From assembly GCA_964016885.1 (NCBI GenBank), contig OZ024749.1:52576001-52640000 (forward strand): a stretch of 64,000 nt of DNA, in the 5' to 3' direction. Positions within the stretch are counted from its first letter, which is position 1. Each line of letters begins with the position of its first letter. This DNA is from Eledone cirrhosa. Taxonomy: Eukaryota. Shown piece after piece: positions 26,844 through 39,504 of the stretch. The translations under genes and the position numbers were made by a program. Below the pieces are notes generated by a model. The model saw nothing but the letters and a program-made list of their open reading frames with translations, searched no databases and was not told the DNA's origin.

Positions 26844-27894
26844 CCTTTTTTGAGAGCATCAGCAATTTGCGTTTTATTTACGAGTCGTTTGGATAGGATA
26901 AGTAGGCATTGTTGGCAGTTAAAGACGGCGTCGCAGCCTTGATCAGGCAGAGAGAAGTGGACATAATATTTGGGAGCTATTAAACAATCACATCCCCCCC
27001 AACATTCCACAATCACTTCAAGCTGCTCTCGACTAACAGACCAGAGGTAGACTTCAAACTGTTCTCGAACTTTTCTCTCTAAAACATAAGACGCTTCTTC
27101 ACTGACATCACAATGTTTGTATTGAAGTTTAGCAATGAGAATGGAAGGTTCCGGACTCAAAGCTTGGTATAAATGTTCAACATCGTATTCTGTCATTTCA
27201 TTGATAAAAGAACATGAAGTGGACCTTTTGCTCCCATCAGCTAGTTGTTTAAGTGCCCAGTAGGGTCGCTGGATTAAAATAGTCTGTGCAATCCGTTGAA
27301 GAGTGTCACTAAGGTCACAGGGAGCCGGAACATTCAAAATACCGTATTTCCCAAGAACTGTTATTAAATTGCCTTCAAGGTCTACAGAAAATTTTGGTGG
27401 TAACATCCTAGCTTCCTTCAAAGCAGCATCTACAACACCCAATTCAAACTCCGAGAGAGTATTCTTGAAAGATTTCAAAAGACTGTCTTCATTCTGAATC
27501 CGAGTAATAATAAAACAAGCCGAAGCTTTAGCAAAACGGACAGGCCAATAGCCATAAAGAAGGAGACCATGAGAAAGAATTTTCCCGAGAACTTCAAAGA
27601 AGTCTCCACCATTCTCTGGACAAACAACTGGATATTTCTCAAAGGAACCAGAAAAGTGTTTATGAAGAACTTTCTTCCAAAAATTGCAAAACATTTTCTT
27701 TGCCTGTAACGAGGCCGTATTATCGCCAGGTTCAGCTTCTTCGTCTGAAGTTAGATTCAGACAACAGTTGCAAATATCATCGTCACACTGATACAAAGAA
27801 AATAGCTGATCCATTAAAAACAATTTGGAGGGCATCTTGATATCTCGGACAGATGTCAGCTGGTTCCTGGCATCGATTAATCGGGCAAAAAGAT
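26819..27894 (-). CDS. Gene A terminal coding exon: divergent HECT-like (G2E3-like) ubiquitin-ligase fold
   Basis: Acceptor tctttttttttgtcag|; G+AT gives DLFARL...; about 358 codons of complex sequence to TGA. Motifs FWKKVLHKHFSG, LGKILSHGLLLYGYWPVRF, QRPYWALKQLADG, VECWGG and FNCQQCLLILS resemble HECT N- and C-lobe patterns (recognised by eye, no HMM run). Confidence 0.8.
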
Positions 27895-28139
27895 CTGACA
27901 AAAAAAAAGAAAAATATTTGTCATTGATAAAGTAAAATAAAGCTGATATAAAATAATTAAAAATAAGATTTTAAATTAATTAGAAGCCAGAACATTGCAT
28001 TTGAAGTTTTCATTCTTAAAACTTTCATCGGTGTATCAGCATGATTACCACAAATGGTCAAGATCTGATCATAGGCCTGTCTGACCAAAATGACCTGGGA
28101 CTAAACTACAAGGACAACTAATTATGAAGGAAATCTTAC

Positions 28140-28212
28140 CAGAGTTATTCTTGTGAAAGCCGCCTTCATCAAAACATTTTTGGTATGGGGAGGAATCATT
28201 AGTTAGAACACC
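28140..28212 (-). CDS. Gene A coding exon 5 (GVLTNDSSPYQKCFDEGGFHKNNS)
   Basis: Acceptor tttatttttag| and donor G|gtaag; 73 nt, phase 0-1, which matches the phase of the terminal exon. Confidence 0.8.
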
Positions 28213-28280
28213 CTAAAAATAAAGACAAAAACAACAACAATCAACACCATCATCGTCATCAACATCAACATCGTCATCAC

Positions 28281-28313
<33 letters not shown>

Positions 28314-28432
28314 TTTCAAGCTGGTATGGTTTAGACAGGCTGTCGCAGTCTAAGGTTAGAAGAGTCAGGGGACCACCTCTTGACCACACGTTCCACTTTT
28401 AGCAAAATCTCAATAGCTGAATGCCCTTCCTA

Positions 28433-28746
28433 ACACGACCACATTACAGAGTGGACTGGGTGCTTTTTTTCATGTCACCAGCACGACCACATTACAGAGT
28501 GGACTGGGTGCTTTTTTTCATGTCACCAGCACGACCACATTACAGAGTGGACTGGGTGCTTTTTTTCATGTCACCAGCACAACCACATTACAGAGTGAAC
28601 TGGGTGCTTTTTGTCATGTCACCAGCACGACCACATTACAGAGTAGACTGGGTGCTTTTTGTCATGTCACCAGTACGACCACATTACAGAGTGGATTGGG
28701 TGCTTTCTGTCATGTCACCAACACGACCACATTACAGAGTGGACTT
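28433..28746. repeat. 39-bp tandem repeat derived from the RTE/SINE 3' module; related arrays at 45600-45765, 51680-51918 and 58905-59150
   Basis: cacgaccacattacagagtggactgggtgctttttttcatgtcacca matches the LINE 3' UTR segment. Confidence 0.85.
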
Positions 28747-28823
28747 TGTGTTTACTTTTTAATATATAAACATTTTTACCTGTTCTAACATGTAGGATGT
28801 AAACATTTAATAAAGATTTTTAC

Positions 28824-28943
28824 CTCTTCTAACGACATGTAGGATGTAGACATTTCACCATAGGATTGTTCATCATCTGTGGATGTGAAACTAGCGTTAC
28901 CAACAGTTTGTACAATTTCCAGAGGTGGGGAGTTACTGTTACC
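28824..28943 (-). CDS. Gene A coding exon 4 (GNSNSPPLEIVQTVGNASFTSTDDEQSYGEMSTSYMSLEE)
   Basis: Acceptor ttttcttcattatag| and donor GAG|gtaaaa; 120 nt, phase 0-0, open frame. Confidence 0.75.
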
Positions 28944-29477
28944 CTATAATGAAGAAAATAAAACAAACTAAATATATATATATATAAATAAAAATAAAAC
29001 CATGAGGAAGAAAAAGAGATGAAGGTGACTTGTGGCTTATATTCTGAAACAGAAATCCTGGAATTTTAAAATTATAACAAAAAAAAAAAAATTGGGCGAA
29101 AAAAATTATTTGATAAAATATTTACCCTAAAATTGCTGATAGACAGACAGATAGGCAAAGAGACAGTTAGTCAGTGATACAAAGAGAGACAGAGAGTCAG
29201 ACAGATAGTTAGAGACAGATAAACAGAGAGAGAGATAGGCAAACAGATAGTCAGAGTGGACTGGGTACATTTTATCATAACACCAGCCTTACCACATACA
29301 AAGTGTACTGAGTGCATTTTATTATGGCACTAGCCCTACCATCTACAGAGTGTACTGAGTGCATTTTATCTAAATCTTCTATCCTAATTTTATCAGTTTA
29401 ATAATAAGAAAGTCAGTTACATTAGTAAATCCTTCCAAATTCTTATTGTTTTAAAAAATTATTTAAAAACGATAGGC

Positions 29478-30998
29478 AGTGTCTTTCATTAGAAATATGG
29501 TAATGAAAGGGTTAAAGACATAGATAGTGTTTTTCATTAGAAACATGGTAATGAAAGGGTTAATGTAATAGACAGTGTCTTTCATTAGAAATATGGTAAT
29601 GAAAGGGTTAATGACATAGACAGTGTCTTTCATTAGAAATATGGCAATGAAAGGGTTAAAGACATAGATAGTGTTTTTCATTAGAAACATGGTAATGAAA
29701 GGGTTAATGACATAGACAGTGACTTTCATTAGAAATATGGTAATGAAAGGGTTAATGACATAGACAGTGTCTTTCATTAGAAATATGGTAATGAAAGGGT
29801 TAAAGACATAGACAGTGTCTTTAATAGAAATATGGTAATGAAAGGGTTAAAGACATAGACAGTGTCTTTCATTAGAAATATGGTAATGAAAGGGTTAAAG
29901 ACATAGACAGTGTCTTACATTAGAAATATAGTAATGAAAGGGTTAATGATATAGGTAGTATATTTCATTAGAAATATGGTAATGAAAGGGTTAATGACAT
30001 AGACAGTGTCTTTCATTAGAAATATGGTAATGAAAGGGTTAATGACATAGACAGTGTCTTTCATTAGAAATATGGCAATGAAAGGGTTAAAGACATAGGT
30101 AGTGTCTTTCATTAGAAATATGGCAATGAACGGGTTAATGACATAGACAGTGTCTTTCATTAGAAATATGGTAATGAAAGGGTTAATGACCTAGATAGTG
30201 TCTTTCATTAGAAATATGGTAATGAAAGGGTTAATGACATAGACAGTGTCTTTCATTAGAAATATGGTAATGAAAGGGTTAATGACCTAGATAGTGTCTT
30301 TCATTAGAAATATGGCAATGAAAGGGTTAATGACATAGACAGTGTCTTTCATTAGAAATATGGCAATGAAAGGGTTAATGACATAGACAGTGTCTTTGAT
30401 TAGAAATATGGTAATGAAAGGGTTAATGACATGGACAGTGTCTTTCATTAGAAATATGGTAATGAAAGGGTTAATGACATGGACAGTGTCTTTCATTAGA
30501 AATATGGTAATAGAAGGTTTAATGACATAGACAGTGTCTTTCATTAGAAATATGGTAATGAAAGGGTTAATGATATAGATAGTGTCTTTCATTAGAAATA
30601 TGGTAAGGTAAGGGTTAAAGACATAGACAGTGTCTTTCATTAGAAATATGGTAATGAAAGGGTTAATGACATAGACAGTGTCTTTCATTAGAAATATGGT
30701 AATGAAAGGGTTAATGACATGGACAGTGTCTTTCATTAGAAATATGGTAAGGAAAGGGTTAAAGACATAGATAGTGTCTTTCATTAGAAATATAGCAATG
30801 AAAGGGTTAATGACATAGACAGTGTCTTTCATTAGAAATATGGCAATGAAAGGGTTAAAGACAAAGTGTCTTTCATTAGAAATATGGTAATGAAAGGGTT
30901 AATGACATAGATAGTGTCTTTCATTAGAAATATGGTAATGAAAGGGTTAATGACATAGATAGTGTCTTTCATTAGAAATATGGTAATGAAAGGGTTAA
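29478..30998. repeat. Tandem array of a MITE terminus (unit ~48 bp, ~30 copies)
   Basis: Unit tgacatagacagtgtctttcattagaaatatggtaatgaaagggttaa ends in the MITE family 2 right TIR plus TTAA. Confidence 0.9.
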
Positions 30999-31152
30999 AG
31001 AGATAAAGCCAAATATATGCCATTTACCAACCAATAACTCTTAGTAACCAGCTGTTTTCCAAGTGCAATGATAGAAATATGGATGTGAAAGGGTTAAAGC
31101 GTAGAGCCAACCATTTACCATTCTCTAACCAATGAGTAAAACCATAACTCAC

Positions 31153-31224
31153 CTGACTACACCTTGAGTCAGAATTCCGGTTCAATTTCCGAGAATTGTT
31201 GCAACCATTGAGATGAGTGGAACG
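31153..31224 (-). CDS. Gene A coding exon 3 (RSTHLNGCNNSRKLNRNSDSRCSQ)
   Basis: Acceptor ttattgtttcaaag| and donor CAG|gtgag; 72 nt, phase 0-0, open frame. The aag acceptor is weaker than cag/tag. Confidence 0.62.
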
Positions 31225-31341
31225 CTTTGAAACAATAAATAAAGATAGGATGTTTAAGTTTTCTTTTTTGTTTCCATGCCAAAATTAATAAAGCTTAATC
31301 TATTGCAGGTTTAGGAAATTTAATATCACTTCACACACACA

Positions 31342-31397
<56 letters not shown>

Positions 31398-32055
31398 CTC
31401 TAAGGAGAAAAATGTACATAAATATATGTGTTCAATTATAGGGGATATAAAGCCACCAGAGTGAAGAATATATTAACTATAGATAGAACGGTGAATACAA
31501 ATTAATTAAAATAAATCATAGTTCTATCTATAGTTAATATATTCTGCACCCCGGTGGTTTATTATCCCCTATTATTAAACACATATATTTATGTGTATTT
31601 CTCTCCATACAGTTTTATATATGTTTATTTATATGTGTGTGTATGTGTGTGCGTGTGTGTGTGTGTGTGTATATATATATGTGTGTGTGTGTGTGTAGGT
31701 ATATATATATATATAGTGTGTGTGTGTGTGTTAAGTTCAGGATTATTCAGGAGCCCCATGTGTGTGACATCTGTAAAATGATGTGCTGGAGCAAGGCAAC
31801 AATGTTGAAAAGATGGCCCACTTCTATAAAGAAGTCGCAGTTATCAAGTGTGTATGTGTATATATATATATATATATATTGTTATATTGTGTGGTTTAAC
31901 TAACAGGTAGCTAAGTGTGTTCATGCCATCTGATGATGTCGCCAGTTGTTTTATGTTATGGTCCGATGACATAAACAGCCACAGAAATAAGTATTATGTA
32001 ATTAGGCAACAATAAAGGAAATTACTGGAATCTGGCCTTCTCATATTCATTGAAG

Positions 32056-32110
<55 letters not shown>

Positions 32111-32115
32111 TTATA

Positions 32116-32153
<38 letters not shown>

Positions 32154-33341
32154 TAATTTTAAAAAAAGGTATGCAAAAACAATGGAAAACGGATGAAACC
32201 CAAAACAATCCCTTCTCATCAGTTGACCTCTGGAGGTCGCTGTCGTTTCAGAACATTAAGGCTGATACCACTAGCTCCACTGCTATATATATATCATCAT
32301 CATCACCATTTTACGTTCATTTTTTTCATGCTAGCATGGGTTCGACAAGTTGTCCTGTTGTGAGCAATGCTAGATCAGGTTACCATGTCTTGCTCATACG
32401 GGACTGATTTGGGCTTGGTTTCTACAGCTGGATGCCCGTCCTAAGGCTAACCTTATTTACAGTGAGATTTGAGTTGTTTTTGTCATGACACCTACACAAC
32501 CACTTTACAGAAAGATAAGGAGAGATATAAGGTTTCTATTGGTCAGTGTTGACCCCATGTCCCACCTCACAATTCCTCCATTAAACACCCCCACTTCACT
32601 ACACCACCTCACAACTCCTCCATTAAACACCCCCACCTCACTACACCAACTTACCCCCTCCCTGCCTTAATGTTTTCACTTATACTTACAGACCAATATT
32701 TAGCTGTAAAACAATTGCACCAATAACACACAACAAATGTGTAAATTTGCAACAACCTTGTACCCTCCTCCACACCACACCATACAGACACACCACACAC
32801 ACACAAATGCTTGTGTAGATATAGACAAGTATAAAACTGTTAGGTTTAACAAAATTGGTGAGAAAGAGCATGCATCTATATGGAAGGATTAGAAGTACAG
32901 TCCCAGACAGAGAGACAGGCAGACTGATGGGTAGGTGAGTAGGTAGATAGGATATATCATCATCATCATCATCATCATCATTTTACGTCCTCTTTTCCCT
33001 GCTTTTGAGTACATGTTGGTTGTTTACCGACACCTCAGTATGCAGATTGGAGCACTCGACGAAGTACGCAGGTTGGTTTGTTTATTCCGGAGTAATGTAA
33101 AAAGAGCTGGACATATCGAGGGATTGACGGAGTAAAACACACTTCAACAAAATGTGTACCTGTCCTTCCCACACCAATTCGGACTGCCTGAAGAGGTCAC
33201 AGCTAATGATGGCTGTCACCGAAATATATATAATAATATATCTATAATTTGAAATAAACGAAGTCAAATTTTACATATTTGACTTAATTATTTTATATAT
33301 ATATATAGAGAGAGAGAGAGAAAGAGAGAGGTTGATAGAGG

Positions 33342-33428
<87 letters not shown>

Positions 33429-33860
33429 TCTGACAGACAGACTGACTTATGGGTAGATGGGTAGGTGGGTGGGTAGATAGGATTATATATAAATGAAGAA
33501 TGGCGTGCTGCGTTGTTGCGAACATGAACATATGAATAAAAATAGACCAAGAGATAAAATGCCCTCATCAGTAGTCTGGTGATTATCGTTGGTATTTCGA
33601 CGCATTAAAGACTAGATACCTACTCCTCGTCAATTTGATTTGTCGGACTTAAGCCCACAGGATTCATTGACTTGTCTTTATTTTCCTCTCTTTACGTTGC
33701 ATTACTTCCATGTGTTTGTTTCCTTCCCTCCCGATAACTTAATTGAGATATCACTCGCACTGATTTTAGGTATCTAGTCTTTAATGCGTCGAAATACCAA
33801 CGATAATCAGCAGACTACTGATGAGGACATCTCTTGGTCTATTTTTATTCATACATACAC

Positions 33861-33949
<89 letters not shown>

Positions 33950-36382
33950 CTGACGGACAAACAGACAGAATAGACAGCATTAATGATTACTGAAATTCAA
34001 TATGTATTCATGCCATGTTGGGTTAATAATGCAGCTAATAACAACATCTAGTAATTTTAAAATATAAAATGTTAACCTATATATATATATATATACACAC
34101 ACACACATATATATATATATACACACATATATATACACACATATATATACATATATATATACACATATATATATATATACATATACACATATATATACAC
34201 ATATATATATACATATACACATATATATACTTAAATGTAGTAAGAAAAGAAATACTTATTAATTCAACCCCATCTTGACATGTAAGGGAAGTAACTCCAG
34301 GCATGTTTCAGTTGTGATAGACCTCCTCAGTACATCCCAGAATAGCAATAAGAGAATCACTATATTAGTGCAAAATAATATACACAAGTCATCATCATCA
34401 TCATCATCATCATTTAATGTCCATTGTCCCTGTTAAAGGTTGAACAGGTCATCACAGACCAAGTCAGTACTGAAACAGAATTACCGACATCTCAGACGAA
34501 CTGAAGGCTTGCATCTTACTCCCATACATTCCCACGCTCTACCAAGTACATTGTCATGTCTTTGACACGGCTGCACAGCCCTACTGTAGCCATCAAAAAC
34601 AGGTAATTTGCCCTCCCTGCAGTCATTATGATAACTTTTTTTTAATGTCTACTGATGTACATTATTTGAGAGTTAGTGAAACAGCTACAAGTTGAAACTG
34701 AACCAAGATTAAACACTCAGTTTCTAAGAACTTACCACCTAAGCTATGGTGCTTGATCATTTACACAATACTGTAAAATAAGAAAACAAATGATTTCTGT
34801 AAAAGAAATGTGAGCAACAAAATAGGTAGAAGTTACAAAGCTACCCACAACAGCTTGATATGGTAGAACACAACAGCTTGATATGGGGGAACACAACGGT
34901 TTGATATGGTAGAACATAACAGCTTGATATGGGGGAACACAACGGTTTGATATGGTAGAACATAACATAGTCACACACAACAACTTGATTTGGTAGGATA
35001 CAACACAGTCACCCCATACGATCAATTTAAGGCAATGCCCCAGCATTGGCCACAGTCTAATGTTTGAAACTAGTAAAAGAATAATGGTGAACTATGCTGG
35101 AAAATTCAGTAACTGTCATTCTAAAACAACAACAACAATAACAACAATTACTACTACATGCAGTGGATGTGAACTTCTAATCCCCACGACTAGAGAAGAC
35201 ATTCCTGTTGTGGAAACAGAAGTTAGAATCAAAAGGGCTCAGAGTAAACTTAGCAAAGAACAAAGTTTTAGTAAGGAGGAAAAAAGACAGAACTTTGATG
35301 CCATCAAGGAAATGGCCATGCTCAATATGTAGAAAAGGAGTAGGTAAGAATTATATATGAGGTAGACAATATAAAAGATGTCACACACACATGGAGGAAA
35401 AGTCCTTGAGAATAGAACATTTCGTTTTTCTGTGTCCATCGTTCATTAAGCCTTTAGCATTTAAACGGCCAGAATTCTCTCACCTTTTTCTGTTCAAACT
35501 GGCTGCTCATACTTCTGTTAAAGTATTGTTCTCAAAATAAATAATATCAAAATCTTGTAGATTCGATATTATGTGAGATAATTATGTAAGATAAAGACTT
35601 TACAGAGAAAATACCATAGTATATATAGAGTAATGTAAATGCTAAAGGGTTAACTAAAAAGAAGGCCTTTACCTTAACCCTTTAGCATTTAAACCCGCCA
35701 TATTTGGCCAGAATTCTCTCACCTCATTCTGTTCAAACTAGCCATAACCAGCAGCTTATACCAGTATTAAGGTATTGTTCTCAACATAAATAATAACATT
35801 ATCAAAATCTCATAGCTTTGATATTATATGAAATAGTCAGGTGAGGTACAGCCTTTATGGCAAAAATACAATAGTAAAGTAATGTAAATGCTATACTATA
35901 CATGCACCTTTGATGAGTTGTAGTGCACTTGAGCACTATTACTATTATTAATAATGCAGGGGAATTGGCAGTATCGGTAGATTGGACACCATGCTTTGCA
36001 GCATAGAGTTATGGGCCTTTACGGTCTGAGTTCAAGTCCCGCCAAGGTTAACTTTGCCTTTCATCCTTACGGGTTGATAAAATAAAGCACCAGTAATGCA
36101 CTGGGGTAATTGCTGGCCTTGTGCCAAAAGTAGAAACAATTATTATTAATTATGGACCCTGCTTTACAGAAACACAATACATACAGGAAAAGGTAGAAAC
36201 TGAGAATACTTACACTCAGGCATACATATAGAAATACATCACAGACATCTCACGTAGTCAATATTTGTTTCAGTTGTTTAGTCAACCTATTCCATTTATA
36301 GTACCAGTGCCTGAGCATTCCACAATTATTTGCTTTGCATTCTTGACATAATAAATCTCTGGCAGAATCTGTGACAGAGTTT

Positions 36383-38931
36383 GTGACAAGACTAGCCTGG
36401 TCTATGTTAATACAGGTAGAACCACTGTGACACAGTGTGACAAGACTGGTTCAGTCCATATTAATACAGGTAGAACCACTGTGACACAGTGTGACAAGAC
36501 TGGTTCAGTCCATATTAATACAGGTAGAACCACTGTGACACAATGTGACAAGACTGGTTCAGTCCATGTTAATACAGGTAGAATCACTGTGACACAATGT
36601 GACAAGACTGGTTCAGTCCATGTTAATACAGGTAGAACCACTGTGACACAATGTGACAAGACTGGTTCAGTCCATATTAATACAGGTAGAACCACTGTGA
36701 CACAATGTGACAAGACTGGTTCAGTCCATATTAATACAGGTAGAACCACTGTGACACAGTGTGACAAGACTGGTTCAGTCCATGTTAATACAGGTAGAAC
36801 CACTGTGACACAATGTGACAAGACTGGTTCAGTCCATATTAATACAGGTAGAACCACTGTGACACAGTGTGACAAGACTGGTTCAGTCCATATTAATACA
36901 GGTAGAATCACTGTGACACAGTGTGACAAGACTGGTTCAGTCCATATTAATACAGGTAGAACCACTGTGACACAGTGTGACAAGACTGGTTCAGTCCATA
37001 TTAATACAGGTAGAACCACTGTGACACAATGTGACAAGACTGGTTCAGTCCATGTTAATACAGGTAGAACCACTGTGACACAGTGTGACAAGACTGGTTC
37101 AGTCCATATTAATACAGGTAGAACCACTGTGACACAATGTGACAAGACTGGTTCAGTCCATATTAATACAGGTAGAACCACTGTGACACAGTGTGACAAG
37201 ACTGGTTCAGTCCATATTAATACAGGTAGAACCACTGTGACACAGTGTGACAAGACTGGTTCAGTCCATATTAATACAGGTAGAACCACTGTGACACAAT
37301 GTGACAAGACTGGTTCAGTCCATGTTAATACAGGTAGAACCACTGTGACACAATGTGACAAGACTGGTTCAGTCCATATTAATACAGGTAGAACCACTGT
37401 GACACAATGTGACAAGACTGGTTCAGTCCATATTAATACAGGTAGAACCACTGTGACACAGTGTGACAAGACTGGTTCAGTCCATGTTAATACAGGTAGA
37501 ACCACTGTGACACAGTGTGACAAGACTGGTTCAGTCCATATTAATACAGGTAGAACCACTGTGACACAGTGTGACAAGACTGGTTCAGTCCATATTAATA
37601 CAGGTAGAACCACTGTGACACACTGTGACAAGACTGGTTCAGTCCATATTAATACAGGTAGAATCACTGTGACACAGTGTGACAAGACTGGTTCAGTCCA
37701 TATTAATACAGGTAGAACCACTGTGACACAGTGTGACAAGACTGGTTCAGTCCATATTAATACAGGTAGAACCACTGTGACACAGTGTGACAAGACTGGT
37801 TCAGTCCATATTAATACAGGTAGAACCACTGTGACACAATGTGACAAGACTGGTTCAGTCCATATTAATACAGGTAGAACCACTGTGACACAGTGTGACA
37901 AGACTGGTTCAGTCCATATTAATACAGGTAGAACCACTGTGACACAGTGTGACAAGACTGGTTCAGTCCATATTAATACAGGTAGAATCACTGTGACACA
38001 ATGTGACAAGACTGGTTCAGTCCATATTAATACAGGTAGAACCACTGTGACACAGTGTGACAAGACTGGTTCAGTCCATATTAATACAGGTAGAACCACT
38101 GTGACACAATGTGACAAGACTGGTTCAGTCCATATTAATACAGGTAGAACCACTGTGACACAATGTGACAAGACTGGTTCAGTCCATATTAATACAGGTA
38201 GAACCACTGTGACAAAAAGTACAAGACTGGTTCAGTCCATATTAATACAGGTAGAACCACTGTGACACAGTGTGACAAGACTGGTTCAGTCCATATTAAT
38301 ACAGGTAGAACCACTGTGACACACTGTGACAAGACTGGTTCAGTCCATATTAATACAGGTAGAATCACTGTGACACAGTGTGACAAGACTGGTTCAGTCC
38401 ATATTAATACAGGTAGAACCACTGTGACACAGTGTGACAAGACTGGTTCAGTCCATATTAATACAGGTAGAACCACTGTGACACAGTGTGACAAGACTGG
38501 TTCAGTCCATATTAATACAGGTAGAACCACTGTGACACAATGTGACAAGACTGGTTCAGTCCATATTAATACAGGTAGAACCACTGTGACACAGTGTGAC
38601 AAGACTGGTTCAGTCCATATTAATACAGGTAGAACCACTGTGACACAGTGTGACAAGACTGGTTCAGTCCATATTAATACAGGTAGAATCACTGTGACAC
38701 AATGTGACAAGACTGGTTCAGTCCATATTAATACAGGTAGAACCACTGTGACACAGTGTGACAAGACTGGTTCAGTCCATATTAATACAGGTAGAACCAC
38801 TGTGACACAATGTGACAAGACTGGTTCAGTCCATATTAATACAGGTAGAACCACTGCGACACAATGTGACAAGACTGGTTCAGTCCATATTAATACAGGT
38901 AGAACCACTGTGACAAAAAGTACAAGACTGG
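36383..38931. repeat. 54-bp minisatellite, ~47 highly homogeneous copies, in an intron of gene A
   Basis: gtgacaagactggttcagtccatattaatacaggtagaaccactgtgacacagt unit. Confidence 0.97.
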
Positions 38932-39193
38932 TGTCCACACACATTCTTCAAGATGCAACGTTCATAAACATTAAAGTAATTAAATTACTAAAAACAAGGT
39001 ATTTTTATTTTGGTGTTTACCTGGCCAAATCTTATCTCAGAGTTAACATTGAAAACAACTTTCTCAGGCTGTTCTGCTTCTAAATAAGGTGATCGCTGAA
39101 AGTACAAAGAGATGTGATTAAGATATATATATATATATATGTATATATATCAAAATGAAAATCCGAAGGCAAGGTAAAATTCCAATCATTTAA

Positions 39194-39267
39194 TCACGAC
39201 ACATGTTTCAATAAGAGATAGATCGATTGTGAAGCCATGATCGATTATCACTGATCTCATCAGGTGA
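39194..39267 (-). ncRNA. Minimal type-I hammerhead ribozyme motif
   Basis: Minus: TCAC-CTGATGA-[long stem II gat...atcgat...atcgat...att]-GAAA-CATGT-GTC-GTGA; GUC triplet; stem I TCAC/GTGA. Confidence 0.7.
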
Positions 39268-39504
39268 AAATGAATTGTCTTCAAATTCTTGATATGAGGG
39301 AGAAAAAATAACGATGCTCTCTCACAGAATATGAGGGAATGAATTCTGTGAGAGAACATCGTTATTTACTCTGTTTTACATCATCTAGCTGTTCCCCTGA
39401 ATGGAATTGGAGATATACAAAAGCGTGGAGAACTTAATATTGCTAACATAAATTTATTGGACCATTTTACACAACCAATAATGCACCTTACTATATAACA
39501 ACTA

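Noticed and set aside
35060-35332. 90-aa plus-strand ORF
   Set aside because: No recognisable motif or convincing splice context; antisense within gene A's intron.
39021-39079. Possible extra exon of gene A (EAEQPEKVVFNVNSEIRFGQ, donor CAG|gtaaac)
   Set aside because: The best acceptor gives a stop in the phase-0 frame required by exon 2; the only compatible acceptor (39068) lacks a pyrimidine tract. The model is complete without it.
36402-39083. 600-aa ORFs on both strands (TQCDKTGSVHINTGRTTV repeats)
   Set aside because: A 54-bp unit is a multiple of 3 with stop-free frames; near-identical DNA copies, a frameshift at about 38220, no splice support, intronic position.
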